Shown in pieces: positions 60,703 through 64,000 of a DNA stretch of 64,000 bases. How positions within the stretch are numbered: position 1 is the stretch's first letter; each line of letters starts with the position of its first letter. The DNA comes from Callorhinchus milii (taxonomy: Eukaryota), in NCBI RefSeq assembly GCF_018977255.1, contig NW_024704743.1, forward strand, positions 71,984,001 through 72,048,000. The letters run 5' to 3'. The notes below the pieces were generated by a model. It had not been told where the DNA came from. It searched no databases and was given only the letters and a program-made list of their open reading frames with translations. The translations under genes and the position numbers were made by a program.

Positions 60703-61853
60703 AGACTAGAGAAGATGGGATTGTTCTCCTTAGAGCAGAAAAGGTTAAGGGGTGATTTAATAGGTGTTCAAAATTATGAGGGGTTTGTTCAGACTAGTTA
60801 GGGAGAAACTGTTTCCACTGGCCAGTCGGTCAGTAACCAGGGCACACAGATTTAAAATAATTGGCAAAAGAACCAGAGGGGAGATGAGAATTTTTATTTT
60901 TTATATAAACTGAATTGTTACAGTCTGGAATGCACTGCTTAAAAGGGTGGTGGAAACAGATTCAACAACAACTTTCAAAAGGGAATTGGATTGGTACTTG
61001 AAAAGAAAAAAAATTGCAGGGTTATGGGGAAAGAGCGGGGTAGTGGGATTGATTGGGTGGCTCTTCCAAAGGACCGGCATAGGCACGATGGGCCGAATGG
61101 CCTACTTCTGTGCTGTAATATTCTAAGATTCACTGGCACTGCCCACTTTCTTTAAATTTCATTTTCAATTAAAAGCATATCACACGTGTGTTATCTCAAG
61201 AAAACAACCATTTACATTACAAAAAATTCAGAAACATGTATTTATTATAAATATTAATTTACAATTTTGCGTTGCTCAAACCTCATTATCCATTTCTGTG
61301 AAATTACACAAAATAAAGAAAACTGTTGTCCAAAGACAGTATGTAAGTGGTAGAATTTGGGAAATAGTTTTTCACTGAAACCAATCACATTAGAATACTT
61401 AAACTGAATTTTATTGTTTAACTTAAAGACTTGCAAAATTTAAAACGGGATTATAGGAGCTTGAAAACAAATGTAAAAATGCAAAAACAGGTCACATTCA
61501 AAAACTAAATACGGTATCTGCATTGAAAAACTTGTAGATTTTAAATCTTTTAGAACAAAATCCAATTTAAAAAGGTCAATTTTGCAGTTTAACTGTTCAT
61601 TTTCAAATTATGTTTGCATTGGCCAAAAATCTATCCATATATTCATATATAAAGTGGGAATGTATTAAGTGTAGTACTATGAAAGTGCAAATAGTAATAT
61701 TTCTGCAGAAAAAAATCAAGATACAGTTGGTTTCAGTTTTATAAAATTTCCATTGCCTTATAAAATAGTTTTGCCATTTTTTTCTTCTGATTTTCATGTT
61801 CATGAGACATCTCAAATTTGTAACAGAATATACAAATTTTGTACCTGAATGAC

Positions 61854-62519
61854 AACAGCAACAAAATTACATTTGTATAGCGCCCTTCATGTCCGGGGGA
61901 TGTCCCAAGGCGCTGGACAATCAATGTTTCGGACCCAGCTGGAGGTTGGGAGGGCGGGGGGGAAAGGAGGGTGACCGAAGGCGTGGTTGAAGAGGGTCTT
62001 GAGACGGGTCTTGAAGGTGGCAAGGGAGGGGGAGAGGCCGAGCGACTGCGGGATGGAGTTCCAGAGTGTGGGGTCAGAGTGGCAGAAGGCCTGCCTGCCG
62101 ATGGTGGGATGAGAGAGGCAGGGGACGTGAAGCAGGCCGGAGCCCACTGAGCGGAGGGAGTGGGTAGGTTGGGAGGGTGTTACGCTGTGTCACAGAGGTA
62201 GGGTGGGGCAAGACCATGGAGAGTTTTGAAGGTGAGGACCAGGATCTTGAACCGTATCCTCTGTGTGATGATGGAAAAGACAGTGGAGTCAGGCGAGGAT
62301 GGAGGTGACAGGGTTGTGGAGGCTGGTGCGGGAAATGACACGGGCTGCAGAGGTATGGATGATCTGCAGCCTATGGAGGGTGGAGTTGGGGAGGCCGACA
62401 AGCAGGGAGTTTGCATAGTCAAGCCTGGATGTTATGAATGCGTGTATAAGGGACTCGGCGGCCTGCGATATGAGACAGTGGCGGAGCCGGGTAATGTGGC
62501 GGAGGTGGGGGTGGAGCAG
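61854..62519 (-). mobile_element. 5'-truncated L2 LINE flanked by a 49-bp direct repeat
   Basis: Translations HAFITSRLDYANSLLVGLP and [14 protein letters not shown]2 tail at 61854. Confidence 0.9.
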
Positions 62520-64000
62520 TAAGATTTGATAAGGTCCAGCCAGATCTGCCGATGGACTGTTCAATTGGATTTGAGCCAGGTGCATTCAGTGGCATGCACC
62601 TGAGCCTTAAGACATCTCAAATTTGTAACAGAATATAATATTTTTGTATCTGAATGACGTATTGACTGCACAGCCAGCACTACACAGAATGGACCATGGT
62701 TCAAAATCCACAAATTAAACAATGGTTTTACAAAAACAAACCCCCACAAAACTACTAAGTTCACATACAAGACTTCCACATACCTCAACTTTGCAGTACA
62801 TATTCAATGAAATGTAATACACATCCTCTTTGTTTCCATTATCAGACTCAAATTACTTCAATACAACACTACAGTGTTACACACTGATTCAAGGTAAATC
62901 CCAAACCGTAAGAAAAACATTTTAAAATTAAACTAGTCACATACCTTGGGCCTTGTTTGCATGGTTTTGATTTGTGAAGCTCCAAATTTTAAAAAGTGAA
63001 TTAAATTCCCCAAGTAAGTTTAAAGAAAAAAAACTTTAGTTTTAAAAATAAAAACTGTGTTGAATACAAATGTCTTCAGATGAGTTAATGCTTGAAAAGC
63101 TTTATTAATTTTTGTATATAACCAAGTTCAAATATTCCATGAAACCTGCATTAAAAATTTCCACAGAGCAAGACCCAATATTCAATGCAAAACTGTTCTA
63201 CCAATATACAACTGGCTACGATGGTATGCTAAAGTAACTTGTGTTGGTCAGATTGGATAGTGATACTCTGATGATTCAAAAACATGTGGCAACCAACCAT
63301 GTGGGTCAGGCAAAGGCACAATGATAGACTGAGTAGGCCAGGTGTCTTAAGTAATTGTTGTGGCTTTCAGGTCATTTCTTTTTTTGCCGATAAGGGATGG
63401 CTTTGCAATTAAGAAATCATAGGCCTTTATTTCAAGTCTATTTCTTAAAACCAGTGGCACTGACAGTGCTTTGAATAGAATACTTCTGAATAGTAAGGAA
63501 AGACTACGATTGCACTTACAATAAAGTGTCTGTGGAGTTCAAACACACAGCACCTGTCAAGAAAATGTTTTTAAAACAGCAATATCTGTTACCACATCAA
63601 GGTACACACTACATTTCTGTAGCAACCATGCTTCTATTTTCAATTTACCTCAAGTTTCCACTAAACGATGTCAACACCCAGAGATTGCTTTTATTATCAA
63701 GGACTTGATTAGTTCAGACTAGTGCAGGCACAAGCTGAATGCAATAAAGTTAAACTATTGTTTTTTTAACTGTTTGTTTGGCACCACATTTCACTTGTAA
63801 ATAGGCAGTGCTTACTTTCATTTGCTACCAACAGGCTCCCTATAGTGCATTCTACATGATACCTACAATACTGTAGATATAATAGCCTCACTTGTTTGTC
63901 ATCAACAATTTTACTTTTGTCTAGATCCTTTAGGATTGCTAGTTGGTAAGTACAGTAAGATAAAAGCAAGGATCTAAAAGATTTATGTTCCTTGAAAGCT

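Larger units (their letters stand above)
59870..61130 (+). mobile_element. CR1 LINE 3' portion split by two SINE insertions
   Basis: The pieces 59870-59981, 60288-60380 and 60703-61130 are collinear CR1 sequence (LEKMGLFSLEQKRLRGDLI) ending gatgggccgaatggcct..tgtgctgtaa. Confidence 0.85.

Overview
Vertebrate genomic DNA, most likely a cartilaginous fish and possibly a chimaera (inferred from the L2/CR1/Deu-type SINE landscape, not proven). Three spliced genes can be rebuilt exon by exon with GT-AG junctions and continuous frames. (1) GPD1L, minus strand, 8 coding exons, 8208-30244, 350 aa. (2) An intact Lifeguard/TMBIM-family gene, plus strand, 9 coding exons, 35525-47398, 319 aa, best interpreted as TMBIM7/LFG5 because it neighbours GATAD1. 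(3) GATAD1, minus strand, 5 coding exons, 53835-59172, 258 aa. Most of the rest is mobile DNA: L2 and CR1 LINE fragments, a young tRNA-Ala(TGC)-headed SINE sharing its 3' stem-loop with L2, older Deu-type SINEs, Tc1/mariner-type MITEs and an unnamed A-tailed repeat. GATAD1 intron 1 holds a ~1.4 kb G-rich minisatellite. I found no convincing wholly new biological system. The best leads are the intact TMBIM7-like gene and its rearranged synteny, repeat pairs bracketing in-frame GPD1L exons, SINE/L2 stem covariation, atypical L2 insertion junctions and the G-rich intron. Repeat boundaries are approximate.
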